DNA of 64,000 nucleotides from Chlamydiales bacterium (GTDB lineage: Bacteria > Chlamydiota > Chlamydiia > Chlamydiales > JAAZZY01): positions 1 through 64,000 of the forward strand of contig CBDBKM010000001.1 of NCBI GenBank assembly GCA_965206695.1. The letters are read 5' to 3'. The position numbers and the translations under genes are program-made. The notes under the pieces are model-generated. The model had not been told where the DNA came from. It made no database searches and saw only the letters and a list, made by a program, of their open reading frames with translations. Below are positions 9,924-21,536 of this stretch, piece by piece; within the stretch, counting starts at the first letter, position 1, and each line of letters opens with the position of its first letter.

Positions 9924-11023
9924 CGCCCTTTCAACATCGAAGTGCAACAAACCGCTGCAAATTAAACTTGTCTGAAGATGGTAAAAAATCTCCTATGGTA
10001 AACGTAAGAAAACCAAGGAGGAAAGATGCCAAACGGCTACCGTGACTTAAACAAAGACAAGAGATGCCAATTGTATACCTTAATAAGAAGAGGAAATCCT
10101 ATCACCTTAATTTCCAATGAGTTAGAGGTAAGTCGATCGACTGTTTATCGCGAGCTAAAACGAAATTGTGGAAAGCGTGGATATCGGTATCAACAGGCTC
10201 AAGAGAAGGCTTTAAAGAGACGAGGCTCAAAAACTCAACAACGAAAGATGAGCAGTGTAATGATTGCCATTATCGAAGAGAAGTTAAGCGTGCAGTGGAG
10301 CCCCGATCAAATATCGGGATGGCTGAAGAAGAAAGGGTATCAAGAAGCTGTAAGCCATGAGACAATCTATAACTATGTTTGGGAGGACAAAAAAAGAGGA
10401 GGCTTGTTGTATAAACACCTTAGACATAGTGGGAAGAAATATAACAAGCGAGGTAAAAATAGGGCCGGACGAGGATGTATTCCCGGACGGACAGATATTT
10501 CTGAAAGGCCTGATATCGTAGAGAAGAAAACTCGTTTAGGCGATTGGGAACTGGATACAATCATAGGAACAGAAGGGAGCGGAGTCATTGTCTCAATGGT
10601 CGAAAGAGTCTCCAAAGCTAACAAAACCGGAAAAAGTCTCGCGTAAAACCGCTGAGGAAGTAAAGGATGCGCTAGTAAACAGGTTAAGACCGGTCCAAAA
10701 ATTTGTCATGACATTAACTGCTGACAATGGGAAAGAATTTACTTACCATAAACAAGTGAGTCAATTACTTGAGACAAGTTTTTACTTTGCTACCCCCTAT
10801 CATTCGTGGGAGAGAGGGCTGAACGAGCATACGAATGGACTCGTTCGACAATATCTCCCTAAAAATAAACGGTTTGATGAAGTCTCAGCAGGTAATTTAA
10901 AAAAGATTGAGAAGTTGCTTAACAATAGACCCCGAAAAGTGTTAAACTTTTCAACACCGGAGGAGGTGTTTAACCGTCTCAGTAAGGAAGCATCAAGTGT
11001 TGCACTTCATAGTTGAAAGGGCG
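9924..11023 (+). mobile_element. IS30-family element, transposase frameshifted (+1 C near 10612)
   Basis: IRs CGCCCTTTCAACATCGAAGTGCAACA / TGTTGCACTTCATAGTTGAAAGGGCG; flanking AA duplication; GDWELDTIIG, TADNGKEF, ERGLNEHTNGL. Confidence 0.95.
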
Positions 11024-11033
11024 AAGAGAGATT

Positions 11034-11047
11034 TGGGGACGATTGGA
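11034..11047 (-). repeat. Degenerate att-like copy of the tRNA-Tyr 3' end (12/14 match)
   Basis: tggggacgattgga versus tgggggcggttgga; begins a duplication of about 780 bp of 4573 onward. Confidence 0.65.
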
Positions 11048-11177
11048 CGCATTCAGAACTTTTGATTGGCGACGTATGAATGCTTTATTCTTTCAATCTT
11101 CATTCACCTCTAATACTTTCCCTGTCAAATAATTCTTTTATATTTAATTTAATTAGCTTATAGGCTAAAATGGATGC

Positions 11178-11513
11178 ATGGAAATAATCGAACTACTCCA
11201 CTACCAACTTCCTAACGGAAAAGAACCGTTTATTCAATGGATCAATAAGTTAGGTAAAAATAATAGGATTATAATTAACTCAAGAATCGCTCGCTTAAGG
11301 AGAGGAAACTTTGGTGACTGTAAACCCATCAAAGGAAGTAAAGGTATTTATGAGATGCGGTTTCATATAGCCTCAGGTTATAGAGTATGTTTTGCTAAAG
11401 AAGGTGATTCTGTTGTAATACTTTTAATTGCCGGTAATAAAGGAAGCCAGACTAAAGATATAAAAAAAGCCAAAGAATATTGGCTAGATTATCAAGGAAG
11501 GGATGATGATTAA
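11178..11513 (+). CDS. HigB/RelE-family toxin (copy 2)
   Basis: Near-identical to 4717..5052. Confidence 0.9.
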   Translation: MEIIELLHYQLPNGKEPFIQWINKLGKNNRIIINSRIARLRRGNFGDCKPIKGSKGIYEMRFHIASGYRVCFAKEGDSVVILLIAGNKGSQTKDIKKAKEYWLDYQGRDDD

Positions 11514-11847
11514 AGCAAATAAATATATAGACTATTTATATGAAGAATTAGAAGACCCTGAATTTGCCGAGGGCTACTTAAATGAATGCCTAAAAGATGA
11601 AGATTTGGGTGTTTTTTTACTCGCCATACAAGATGTAGCAAAAGCAAAAGGTGGTATGGCTTTTTTAGCTAAACACGCTAAAAAAAACAAAGAAAGTTTA
11701 TACAAAACTCTTTCAAGAAAAGGGAACCCTTATTTGGGATCGATGAGAGATATTTTATATGCTATGGGATTTGAATTTAAAGTACAACAAATCGAGCAAC
11801 CAAAAAAAAGAAAAGCCGCCCTTTCAACATTGAAGTGCAACAAATAG
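11503..11847 (+). CDS. Addiction module antitoxin (copy 2); C-terminal tail supplied by IS30 IR
   Basis: YLNECLKDED, GGMAFLAK, ESLYKTLSRKGNP; IS30 IR begins at 11817. Confidence 0.9.
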   Translation: MMIKANKYIDYLYEELEDPEFAEGYLNECLKDEDLGVFLLAIQDVAKAKGGMAFLAKHAKKNKESLYKTLSRKGNPYLGSMRDILYAMGFEFKVQQIEQPKKRKAALSTLKCNK

Positions 11848-12830
11848 GAAGAATTTGAAAATGGCCAAATGCCGGCAAAATCTCTATAGTAAATTTTTGC
11901 AAAAAAAACTATGGAGGGATTTTTTATGCCTAAAGGCTACGTTTATCGAGAGTTAAAAAGAAATAGCTATGAAGGCAGATATATCTATTTTGCAGCACAA
12001 ATCAAAACTAAAAGAAGGCGTTCAAAAGCGAGCAGTAAAACAAAGAAAATGACCCCTGAACTACTTATGAAGATAGAAAGTAAATTACTGCTTCAATGGA
12101 GTCCTGTTCAAATATCCGGTCGATTGAAAGAAGAAGAAGGCCTGCTTATCAGCCACGAAAGTATTTATCGTCATATTTGGAAAGATAAACGAAATTGGGG
12201 CAATTTATATAAAAATTTAAGACACAAAGGTAAGAAGTATAAAAAGCGAGGTTCAGATAAAGCAGGCCGAGGCTGTATTCCCAATAGAGTCGATATTGAT
12301 AAAAGACCTTGTATTGTCGATGAAAAAACAAGAATAGGAGATTTTGAATTAGATACGATAATAGGCAAAAATCATCAAGGAGTGATTGTTTCTATTGTTG
12401 ATCGTGCTTCTAAATATACGATGCTTATGAAGGTAAAGTCTAAACAAGCCCTCGGTGTTGCCGATGCTTTAATTACCTGTTTAAAGCCTGTTAAGGATAG
12501 AGTTCACACATTAACAGCAGATAATGGTTTAGAGTTTTCTCGGCATCAAGAAGTAACTTCAACACTCAAAGCAGAGTTTTATTTTGCTAAACCCTATCAT
12601 TCCCGGGAAAGAGGGTTGAATGAACATACGAATGGGTTAGTTAGACAGTATTTGCCTAAGAAAACAAACTTTAATAATGTGACACAAGAGGATGTAAAAG
12701 AGATAGAAAAACTGCTTAATGAAAGACCTAGAAAAAGTTTGAATTTTAAAACACCTATAGAGGTTTTCAATCCGAAGAATTGGTGCTATAATAGAGTACA
12801 AGTTTGTTGCACTTCATAGTTGAAAAGACA
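11817..12830 (+). mobile_element. Divergent IS30-family element with internal deletion of the transposase N-terminal HTH
   Basis: Related IRs; protein jumps MPKGY -> VYRELKRN; DDE motifs present. Confidence 0.85.
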
Positions 12831-12971
12831 TATTTTACTAAAAGTATAAAATAGAATTAACAAAAATAGGTGCAATACTTTATAGAAATGGGTGACTACA
12901 AATAGTGCAGACATTGTCTGCATATTTAGCTACTTTATGGAATATTTTTAGAAAATCTATCTAAAAACTAT

Positions 12972-13295
12972 TTACCCAATAGCTTTTTCCAAAGCATGAC
13001 CAACGAAAGTATTAATGCTTTCTCCATGAGTTTTTGCTTGTAAATCGATTTGAGCGTGAAGTTCGGGAGAAATCCGAACATTAAATTTACCTGAATATGG
13101 TTTTTCAGGTTTTTCTCCTCTTTTCTTACAAAAATCAAGATAATCTTTTACCGAATCTCTAAAAGCATTCTCCAGTTCATCAACACTACAGCCTTGAAAA
13201 GTGATGACATCTTTTAAACCAACAACTTCTCCATGAAATACCTTGGCTTCATCATCATATTCTACATATGCCATATAATTTTTATACTTCATCAT
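12972..13295 (-). CDS. hicB: HicB antitoxin
   Basis: MKYKNYMAYVEYD, ITFQGCSVDEL, EKPYSGKFNVRI. Confidence 0.92.
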   Translation of the reverse strand: MMKYKNYMAYVEYDDEAKVFHGEVVGLKDVITFQGCSVDELENAFRDSVKDYLDFCKKRGEKPEKPYSGKFNVRISPELHAQIDLQAKTHGESINTFVGHALEKAIG

Positions 13296-13553
13296 AGTTT
13301 TACTCCTGCATTTATCAAGAAACGACGCATGGATTTTAAAGCTCCTTTGTCAGTCTCCTTTTTGGGATGAGGTCTATGGAAATACAGCTCTAACATCATT
13401 TAATGCTATACGTACCCTAGATCCAGATCCTTCTGTTATCTCTGCCCCTAATGCTTTAAGCATACTTTCAACTTCTTTCCAAGGAACATTAGATTGAACA
13501 GGTTCCTTAAATATCGATGCTAATACTCTAGTATGCTTTTTATTCATACTCAT
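13292..13553 (-). pseudogene. hicA: HicA toxin, +1 frameshift near 13380
   Basis: EGSGSRVRIAL...RAVF, then HRPHPKKETDKGA in another frame; ends in an ATGA overlap with hicB. Confidence 0.8.
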
Positions 13554-13781
13554 ATGGTACCATAAAATAGTACTAAATATCAATAAAAATCTTATTTACC
13601 TAATAATCAGCATGTTATATAAAAACAGGTATATGTTTTGATGCCTACTTAATTAAAACCAATTGACGATTTATCAAGATTTTCATATGGCTACTGCTAA
13701 GGGGTGTGTACTTACAGATGCTATGATATCTATTCAAAGCACTTGTGATAAGGAAGATTAGTACATCACAAAATATGCAGG

Positions 13782-16457
13782 ATGCAGAATATGACAGATA
13801 TCTCAATAATACAAATTGAAGAAAATATCAAAAATCTTCTTCTTAATTTTTCCCCTGATACATTTATATATGATTTACTTTTAGCTTATGGAAAACCAAA
13901 ATCATCTATTAGCCGTTTAAAAAAGGGCGATTATAATAAGATAAGGAATAAAAATGGAACTCTCCTTTGGGCAAAAGAATTATTTTTCAAATCCACTAAA
14001 TCTAATAATTTTAAAGACAAAATAAAAGAATTAGTAAATAAAAAAGAAATAATAAAATATAAACCAAGATTTATATTAATAACTAATTATCACATACTAT
14101 CTGCATTTGACACAAAAAAACAGACATCCATAGAGATAAAAATCCAAGATCTTCATAAATATGTTAGCTTTTTTATCCCATGGGCGGGTAGGGAAAAAAC
14201 TGCAATATATAATGAAAATCCGGCAGATCTTCAGGCTGCTAAAAAAATTGCTATCCTATATGATCAAATACAAAAAAATAATTCCTCAAAAAAATCAATT
14301 TCAAAGCATGCATTAAATACTTTCTTTGCTCGGTTATTATTTTGCTTTTTTGCAGAAAGTACTGATATTTTTAAGCATGATTTATTCACAAGAACAATAG
14401 AATCTCATACTAATGAAGATGGCAAAGACTTAGACATATTTTTAACTCGTCTCTTTCAATCGTTAGATCATAAAAACAAAACAACCTATCCGAACTACTT
14501 ACAACGATTTCCATATGTTAATGGAGCCTTGTTTAGTAAGCAAGAAAAGATGCCCTATTTCTGTTGGTATTCAAGAAAACTTATCATTGAATCCGGAAAA
14601 TTAGACTGGTCTCTTATTAATCCGGATATATTTGGCTCTATGATTCAATCTATTGCAGATCCTGATGAACGTAATGCTGCCGGAATGCACTATACTTCTG
14701 TATCAAATATTATAAAAGTTATACGGCCTTTGTTTTTAGACGAATTATATACAAATTTCAATAAAAACAAAAACAACATAAATCAACTAAAAAAATTATT
14801 AAAACGGATCTATAGCTTAAAAATTTTTGATCCTGCTTGTGGATCAGGAAATTTTCTTATTATTGCTTATAAGGAACTTCGCCAACTAGAAATTACAATA
14901 TTTCAACATATAGAAAAAATTACGGGGGATCGTCCCCTACCCATCTCCAACATTACCTTATCTCAATTTCATGGCATAGAAATTAATGAATTTGCACAAC
15001 AACTAGCTTTACTCTCTCTGTGGATTGCCGAACATCAAATGAATATGCAATTTAAAAAAAAATTAGGAAAAGTACAGCCCTCTCTGCCTTTAAAAGATTG
15101 TGGCCATATAATTGCAGACAACGCCATACGCGTAGATTGGGAATCTGTATGCCCTAAAGAAAAAATATCAGAAATTTATATTTTAGGAAACCCTCCCTAT
15201 TCAGGAACAAGTTTGCAAACAAAAGCTCAAAAAGCTGAAATGAAAAATCTATTTCATTCAATCATTCCTAAAAGTGGCAATCTCGATTACATCGCTTGCT
15301 GGTTTTTTAAAGCCTCTGAATATATCCATCATGCAAATGCTAAATACGCTTTTGTCTCAACAAATTCTATTTGTCAAGGATTACATATACCAACTCTTTG
15401 GCCATATATTTTTAAAAAACATTTAGAAATCGAATTTGCCTATAAAGGTTTTAAATGGAAGAATCATGCATTAGATAATGCCGGGGTTACGTGTATAATA
15501 ATTGGAGTGAGGAATATTTCAAAAAACAATAACAAGTATCTTTATAATCAAGATAATAAACAGCGTTATAAAAATATAAATGCTTATTTAATTGATTATA
15601 AAAATATTTTTATAAAAGAAACTAAAACACCAATTTCTCCCCAAATGCCTATCATGACCTTAGGCAGTATGCCTGTATGTGGGTCATCCCTTCTTTTAGT
15701 ACCTCAAGAATATAATCATATAACCAATCTATATCCGGAAATTAAACAAATAATAAAGAAAGCTATTGGATCTAGAGAGTTTCTTTACAAAGAAAATCGA
15801 TATTGTTTATGGATTGAAGACAATGATTTGTCTATTGCTAATAATATCCCTGAAATAGTATCTAGAATAGCTAATGTAAAAAGAGAACGTGTAAAAAGTT
15901 CCAAATTAGCTACACAAAAATTATCGAAAACTCCACACAAATTTGGAGAGATTCGATATAATAAATCAAAAGCTTTGCTTATTCCAAGAGTCTCATCTGA
16001 ATTTCTTTCCTATATCCCAATAGGATATATAGATGCAAAAAGCATAATATTAGATTCAGCACAAGCCATCTATCATGCAGAACATTATGTCTTTGGCATC
16101 ATTTCATCACACTTGCATATGGTATGGACAAAAACACTGGCCGGACAACTAGAAACTAGATATCGTTACTCCTCAACCCTATGCTATAATACATTTCCTG
16201 TGCCAAAACTATCTAAGCAACAAAAAGAAATTATTAAAGGCCTATCTTTGCAAATTATCGCTATACGCAATCAATATCCTGAAAAAACAATAGCATACAT
16301 GTATCATGCTAATACTATGCCAACAGATTTGCGACACGCACACCATAATCTAGATTTAATTGTGGAAAAATGTTACAGATCTAAGCCCTTCAAAAATGAT
16401 TCAGAAAGATTGGAACATCTATTCCAACTTTACGAGAAAACAACCTCAAGTCAATAA
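13782..16457 (+). CDS. MmeI-like/YeeA (DnmA-like) N6-adenine DNA methyltransferase with target-recognition domain
   Basis: Motif I FDPACGSGNF, motif IV GNPPY, FPYVNGALF, INPDIFGSMIQ, GMHYTS, YNTFPVP; no obvious N-terminal PD-ExK nuclease. Confidence 0.9.
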   Translation: MQNMTDISIIQIEENIKNLLLNFSPDTFIYDLLLAYGKPKSSISRLKKGDYNKIRNKNGTLLWAKELFFKSTKSNNFKDKIKELVNKKEIIKYKPRFILITNYHILSAFDTKKQTSIEIKIQDLHKYVSFFIPWAGREKTAIYNENPADLQAAKKIAILYDQIQKNNSSKKSISKHALNTFFARLLFCFFAESTDIFKHDLFTRTIESHTNEDGKDLDIFLTRLFQSLDHKNKTTYPNYLQRFPYVNGALFSKQEKMPYFCWYSRKLIIESGKLDWSLINPDIFGSMIQSIADPDERNAAGMHYTSVSNIIKVIRPLFLDELYTNFNKNKNNINQLKKLLKRIYSLKIFDPACGSGNFLIIAYKELRQLEITIFQHIEKITGDRPLPISNITLSQFHGIEINEFAQQLALLSLWIAEHQMNMQFKKKLGKVQPSLPLKDCGHIIADNAIRVDWESVCPKEKISEIYILGNPPYSGTSLQTKAQKAEMKNLFHSIIPKSGNLDYIACWFFKASEYIHHANAKYAFVSTNSICQGLHIPTLWPYIFKKHLEIEFAYKGFKWKNHALDNAGVTCIIIGVRNISKNNNKYLYNQDNKQRYKNINAYLIDYKNIFIKETKTPISPQMPIMTLGSMPVCGSSLLLVPQEYNHITNLYPEIKQIIKKAIGSREFLYKENRYCLWIEDNDLSIANNIPEIVSRIANVKRERVKSSKLATQKLSKTPHKFGEIRYNKSKALLIPRVSSEFLSYIPIGYIDAKSIILDSAQAIYHAEHYVFGIISSHLHMVWTKTLAGQLETRYRYSSTLCYNTFPVPKLSKQQKEIIKGLSLQIIAIRNQYPEKTIAYMYHANTMPTDLRHAHHNLDLIVEKCYRSKPFKNDSERLEHLFQLYEKTTSSQ

Positions 16458-16598
16458 AACTATTAATAATGATTAAACTAATTAATCTATATAAAAATTT
16501 ATAAGTTTATATATAAAAAACCTTAATAAGTTGACTTATTAATATAAATTCCATAATATTCCGTTTCAATAAAAGGATATTATAATCAAGGAAGAATT

Positions 16599-19500
16599 AT
16601 GCCTAATTTATTCAATATTCCATATTCCCAAACCCAACAGAGCACACAAACCAATCATTTAGGTATGAGAGAAATGCAAGCTCGTGCCTATTCAAAAAGA
16701 ACATCTCCGTACCTAATTATAAAATCTCCACCAGCTTCAGGAAAATCTAGAGCCTTAATGTTCATTGCACTAGACAAATTATATCATCAAGGTATTAAAA
16801 AAATTATTGTAACAGTTCCTGAGAGATCTATAGGTGGCTCATTTGATAGTACCAAATTAAAACATAATGGATTTTTTTTCGATTGGGAAATAAACCCTCA
16901 ATATAATTTATGTAGATCCGTTGGAATAGAAAGCAAAGTAAAAATATTTATTGATTTCTTAGAAAGTAATGAAAAAATTCTTATATGCACTCATTCAACA
17001 TTGCGTTTCGCATGTGAAAAAATAGATGAAAAGAAATTTGATAACACCTTACTTGCTATCGATGAATTTCATCATGTTTCCGCCGATGATACAAACAATA
17101 GATTGGGTAGACTTCTAAAATTGATTATCACAAAATCTAACGCTCACATTTTAGCAATGACAGGATCCTATTTTAGAGGCCGCCCTTTCAACATCGAAGT
17201 GCAACACTCGCTGCTTCCTTACTGAGACGGTTAAACACCTCCTCCGGTGTTGAAAAGTTTAACACTTTTCGGGGTCTATTGTTAAGCAAGTTCTCAATCT
17301 TTTTTAAATTACCTGCTGAGACTTCATCAAACCGTTTATTTTTAGGGAGATATTGTCGAACGAGTCCATTCGTATGCTCGTTCAGCCCTCTCTCCCACGA
17401 ATGATAGGGGGTAGCAAAGTAAAAACTTGTCTCAAGTAATTGGCTCACTTGTTTATGGTAAGTAAATTCTTTCCCGTTGTCAGCAGTTAATGTCATGACA
17501 AATTTTTGGACCGGTCTTAACCTGTTTACTAGCGCATCCTTTACTTCCTCAGCGGTTTTACGCGAGACTTTTTCCGGTTTTGTTAGCTTTGAGACTCTTT
17601 CGACCATTGAGACAATGACTCCGCTCCCTTCTGTTCCTATGATTGTATCCAGTTCCCAATCGCCTAAACGAGTTTTCTTCTCTACGATATCAGGCCTTTC
17701 AGAAATATCTGTCCGTCCGGGAATCCATCCTCGTCCGGCCCTATTTTTACCTCGCTTGTTATATTTCTTCCCACTATGTCTAAGGTGTTTATACAACAAG
17801 CCTCCTCTTTTTTTGTCCTCCCAAACATAGTTATAGATTGTCTCATGGCTTACAGCTTCTTGATACCCTTTCTTCTTCAGCCATCCCGATATTTGATCGG
17901 GGCTCCACTGCACGCTTAACTTCTCTTCGATAATGGCAATCATTACACTGCTCATCTTTCGTTGTTGAGTTTTTGAGCCTCGTCTCTTTAAAGCCTTCTC
18001 TTGAGCCTGTTGATACCGATATCCACGCTTTCCACAATTTCGTTTTAGCTCGCGATAAACAGTCGATCGATTTACGTTTAACTCATTGGAAATTAAGGTG
18101 ATAGGATCTCCTCTTCTTATTAAGGTATACAATTGGCATCTCTTGTCTTTGTTTAAGTGACGGTAGCCGTTTGGCATCTTTCCTCCTTGGTTTTCTTACG
18201 TTTACCATAGGAGATTTTTTACCACCTTCAGACAAGTTTAATTTGTAGCGGTTTGTTGCACTTCGATGTTGAAAGGGCGGGCGATAAAATCCCCATCTTA
18301 CTACCCGAAGATGAAGCCTGTTTCGATACTGTCACCTACACGTATTATGAACAACTAAATGGTTATACATATCTTCAATCTTTGGGAATTGGATATCATT
18401 TTTATCAAGGTCGTTATTTGTCAGCAATAGATCAAGTCTTAGATACCAATAAAAAAACGATACTACATATCCCCAATAGACAATCTGGAGAATCTACTAA
18501 AGATAAACATCAAGAGGTAGGTGAAATTTTAGATATAATAGGAGATATAATAGATGATGATGAAGATCAAAATGATGAGTCAGGGATCATTCTTATAAAA
18601 AGAAAGATTGATGGAAAAATCTTAAAAGTAGCAGATCTAGTGAACGATGACTCTAAAAGAAATAATACCATGAATTATTTGCGTAATATTCAATCAGCCG
18701 AAGATATTGATATAATTATAGCCCTTGGAATGGCAAAAGAAGGATTTGATTGGCCCTTTTGTGAACACGCATTAACAATTGGGTCACGAGGTTCTCTTAC
18801 GGAGCTTGTACAAATTATAGGGCGTTGTACAAGAGATAGTCCCAATAAAACGCATGCACAATTTACAAATTTAATAGCTCAACCAGACGTAGCAGATGAT
18901 CTTATCAAGGAATCTGTTAATAACATGCTAAAAGCTATAACTTGTTCTCTACTTATGGAACAAGTACTTGCACCTAATTTTAAATTCAAAACAAAAATAG
19001 CAGATCAATCTAAGAATGAAGAAGGGCTCATTCATATTCGAGGATTGAAACAACCTTCCTCAAAACGTAGCATCAGTATTATTGAATCGGATATGGACGA
19101 TATAAAAAGGAAAGTCCTTCAAGATCCTGAAATACAAAAATCTATAATCAATAAAGATAGTGCTGAATATATTAATAAATACTTAATTCCAAAGGTCATT
19201 AAACAAGAATATTCCGATCTAGATGGCGAAGAAATAGAAGAAATAAGACAACACACTGTAGCCGGCATGATTATCAATCAAGAATCTCTAAAAAATACAC
19301 ATAACAATAAATTAATTCAAATGGCTAATCAATTTATTAATATTGATGAATTACATATTGATTTAATTGATCAAATTAATCCCTTTCAGAAAGCATTTGA
19401 AATTATTTCAAAATCTTTAACCGCTGAACATTTCAAAGTAATACAAGATCATATTAAAACTATAAGCATGAAAAATCCAGTTACAGAAGAAGAAGCTATA

Positions 19501-19647
19501 AAGTTATGGGCAGATATACAAAATTTTTGTGAACAACACAACCGAGAGCCCAATCTTAATTCTATTCATCAAATAGAGCAACGTATGGCACAAGTTTTGA
19601 TTTATGTAAAAATCCAAGGACAGAAACAAGGGATATATTCATCATGA
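16599..19647 (+). pseudogene. YeeB-like DEAD/DEAH (SF2) helicase interrupted by IS30 (about 648 aa when rejoined)
   Basis: PPASGKSRALMF, IDEFHH; rejoined junction MTGSYFRG-DKIPIL; GMAKEGFDW, QIIGRCTR. Confidence 0.9.
17181..18279 (-). mobile_element. IS30-family element, intact 329-aa transposase (17188..18177)
   Basis: 26-bp terminal IRs; GGC target duplication; near-identical to 9924..11023. Confidence 0.95.
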
Positions 19648-21308
19648 AGAAAGAAACTCTTCTCTCCCTCATACAGAGCGATAAATTTGGTCTATTAAAA
19701 AAAACCAAGCATAAAAAATCAGCCCCTTCTACTGCAAAAGAGCTTTTAATAGCTCAATTTCAAGAGATTAATGATTTTTATCGTATACATGGTTATGAAC
19801 CAAATGAAAATGAAAATAATATAGAAGAATTTCAATTATATCATAGCTTAAAAACTATTAGAGAAAACAATAATCACGTATTATTATTAATTGAGTATGA
19901 TGAATTTTCATTACTAGGCTTGCCTAAACCTATCTCTTCCATACAAGATATCTTTGATAATGATAAATTTGGTCTTCTTCACGTTGATAGTGATGCAAAA
20001 GAAATATTTAACCTTCAGCATGTTTCTAAGAAAATCAACCTACCTGATTATGTTGCACAACGTATCCCATGCCAAGATTTCGATATTTTCCAGCATTTTT
20101 TTCAAAAATGCCATGAAGATTTAAAATCTGGTAAAAGACAATTACGACTATTCAAATATGATCGACATCAAAATATCGATAAAAAGCAATTTTTTATTCT
20201 TAGAGGAGTCCTGTTATATGTTGCTGATGTAAATATAGATAAAAACATCTCTGACCATGACAACCCTCGATTACGTTGTATATTTGAAAATGGTACTGAA
20301 GCCGATCTCCTAAAACAATCTTTAATCACAGGATTATATCAAGATGGGCGTATAGTTACAAAACATAAAGATGAATTATTAGCCGATTTCAAAAACCCTC
20401 GATATTCTATTTCAAATGATGATGAACAAACAGGTTGTATCTATATTTTAAAATCCCTTAGCCAAAATCCATTAATTCAAAAAATCAAAGATCTCTATAA
20501 AGTGGGGTTTTCAAAATCATCCATGGAACAACGTATTAAAAATGCAGAACATGATCCCACTTATCTACAAGCCCCTGTCAAAATTATTTCGATATACGCA
20601 GGTCTGATAACCTACCCTTCCAGAGGTATGATGACAGTAACCCAAGAAGGAAAATCTGTACTTATTGAAAATCCCTCTCATATCAATAGAAAATATCTAA
20701 CAAAATATCCTGCATTTAATACCTTTATTAATAAAAAAACAGCTTCGCAAAAGCAAATAGATGATATCTCTTCATCTCATGATACACCTACAGAAATTTT
20801 AAAAAAATCCTATGAGGATACTAAAAATAAAGTGCAATCCGAAATACACGATCTGATTATGAATTCCTCACCGAAATTTTTTGAAAAACTTGTTGTTAAC
20901 CTTATCGTAAAAATGGGATATGGTGGTTCTGTAGCTGAAGCAGGACAAAGGATAGGTAAATCGGGTGATGGAGGTATTGACGGCGTTATTAAACAAGATC
21001 AACTCGGCTTAGAAAAAATCTACCTGCAAGCAAAGAGGTGGATTGATGTAGTTGGCCGTCCCGAAATTCAAAAATTTGTGGGAGTTGTCGAATTAAAAAA
21101 TTCTGATAAAGGTATTTTTATTACCACTTCTAAATTTAGCCAAGAAGCTCATAAATGTATAAACACTTCGGGCAAAAAAATCGTCTTGATTGATGGTGAA
21201 AAATTATTAGACCTTATGTGGGAATACAACCTTGCCTTGTCTATTGAAGAAAAATTTGAGATAAAACGCATCAATAACGATTATTTCGATGAGATTAATG
21301 ATTTATAA
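19644..21308 (+). CDS. YeeC-like (T5orf172/GIY-YIG-type) protein fused to an Mrr restriction endonuclease domain
   Basis: RLRCIFENGTE, GCIYILKS, LYKVGFS, RIKNAEHDPTYL; then FFEKLVVNL, GDGGIDGV, IYLQAKRW, KGIFITTS, LIDG. Confidence 0.85.
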   Translation: MKKETLLSLIQSDKFGLLKKTKHKKSAPSTAKELLIAQFQEINDFYRIHGYEPNENENNIEEFQLYHSLKTIRENNNHVLLLIEYDEFSLLGLPKPISSIQDIFDNDKFGLLHVDSDAKEIFNLQHVSKKINLPDYVAQRIPCQDFDIFQHFFQKCHEDLKSGKRQLRLFKYDRHQNIDKKQFFILRGVLLYVADVNIDKNISDHDNPRLRCIFENGTEADLLKQSLITGLYQDGRIVTKHKDELLADFKNPRYSISNDDEQTGCIYILKSLSQNPLIQKIKDLYKVGFSKSSMEQRIKNAEHDPTYLQAPVKIISIYAGLITYPSRGMMTVTQEGKSVLIENPSHINRKYLTKYPAFNTFINKKTASQKQIDDISSSHDTPTEILKKSYEDTKNKVQSEIHDLIMNSSPKFFEKLVVNLIVKMGYGGSVAEAGQRIGKSGDGGIDGVIKQDQLGLEKIYLQAKRWIDVVGRPEIQKFVGVVELKNSDKGIFITTSKFSQEAHKCINTSGKKIVLIDGEKLLDLMWEYNLALSIEEKFEIKRINNDYFDEINDL

Positions 21309-21313
21309 TCACC

Positions 21314-21520
21314 TTATTCTTCCATTGCATCCATAACAGAAACCAACCGTTTAAATTCCGTATTCTCTGCCTTACGCCTCGCCACCCTAGCTCTCGTATG
21401 CTCCCCTGTAACGACTTTTCTGCCCCCAAAGGCTCCATGCATCCTACAAACCTTCTTACCCTTAACAGCCCAAGATTTACACTGTTTTTGAGATCTCTTA
21501 CTTTTAGCATGACAACGCAT
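21314..21520 (-). CDS. HGGxSTG-like small Cys/His protein
   Basis: RCHAKSKRS...C...AV.G...CRMHGA. Confidence 0.7.
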   Translation of the reverse strand: MRCHAKSKRSQKQCKSWAVKGKKVCRMHGAFGGRKVVTGEHTRARVARRKAENTEFKRLVSVMDAMEE

Positions 21521-21536
21521 AGGGTTGCTCCTATTT

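Noticed and set aside
18253..18282. TTG start of a separate 464-aa gene
   Set aside because: The start lies in the IS30 IR; the ORF is the C-terminal part of the interrupted helicase.
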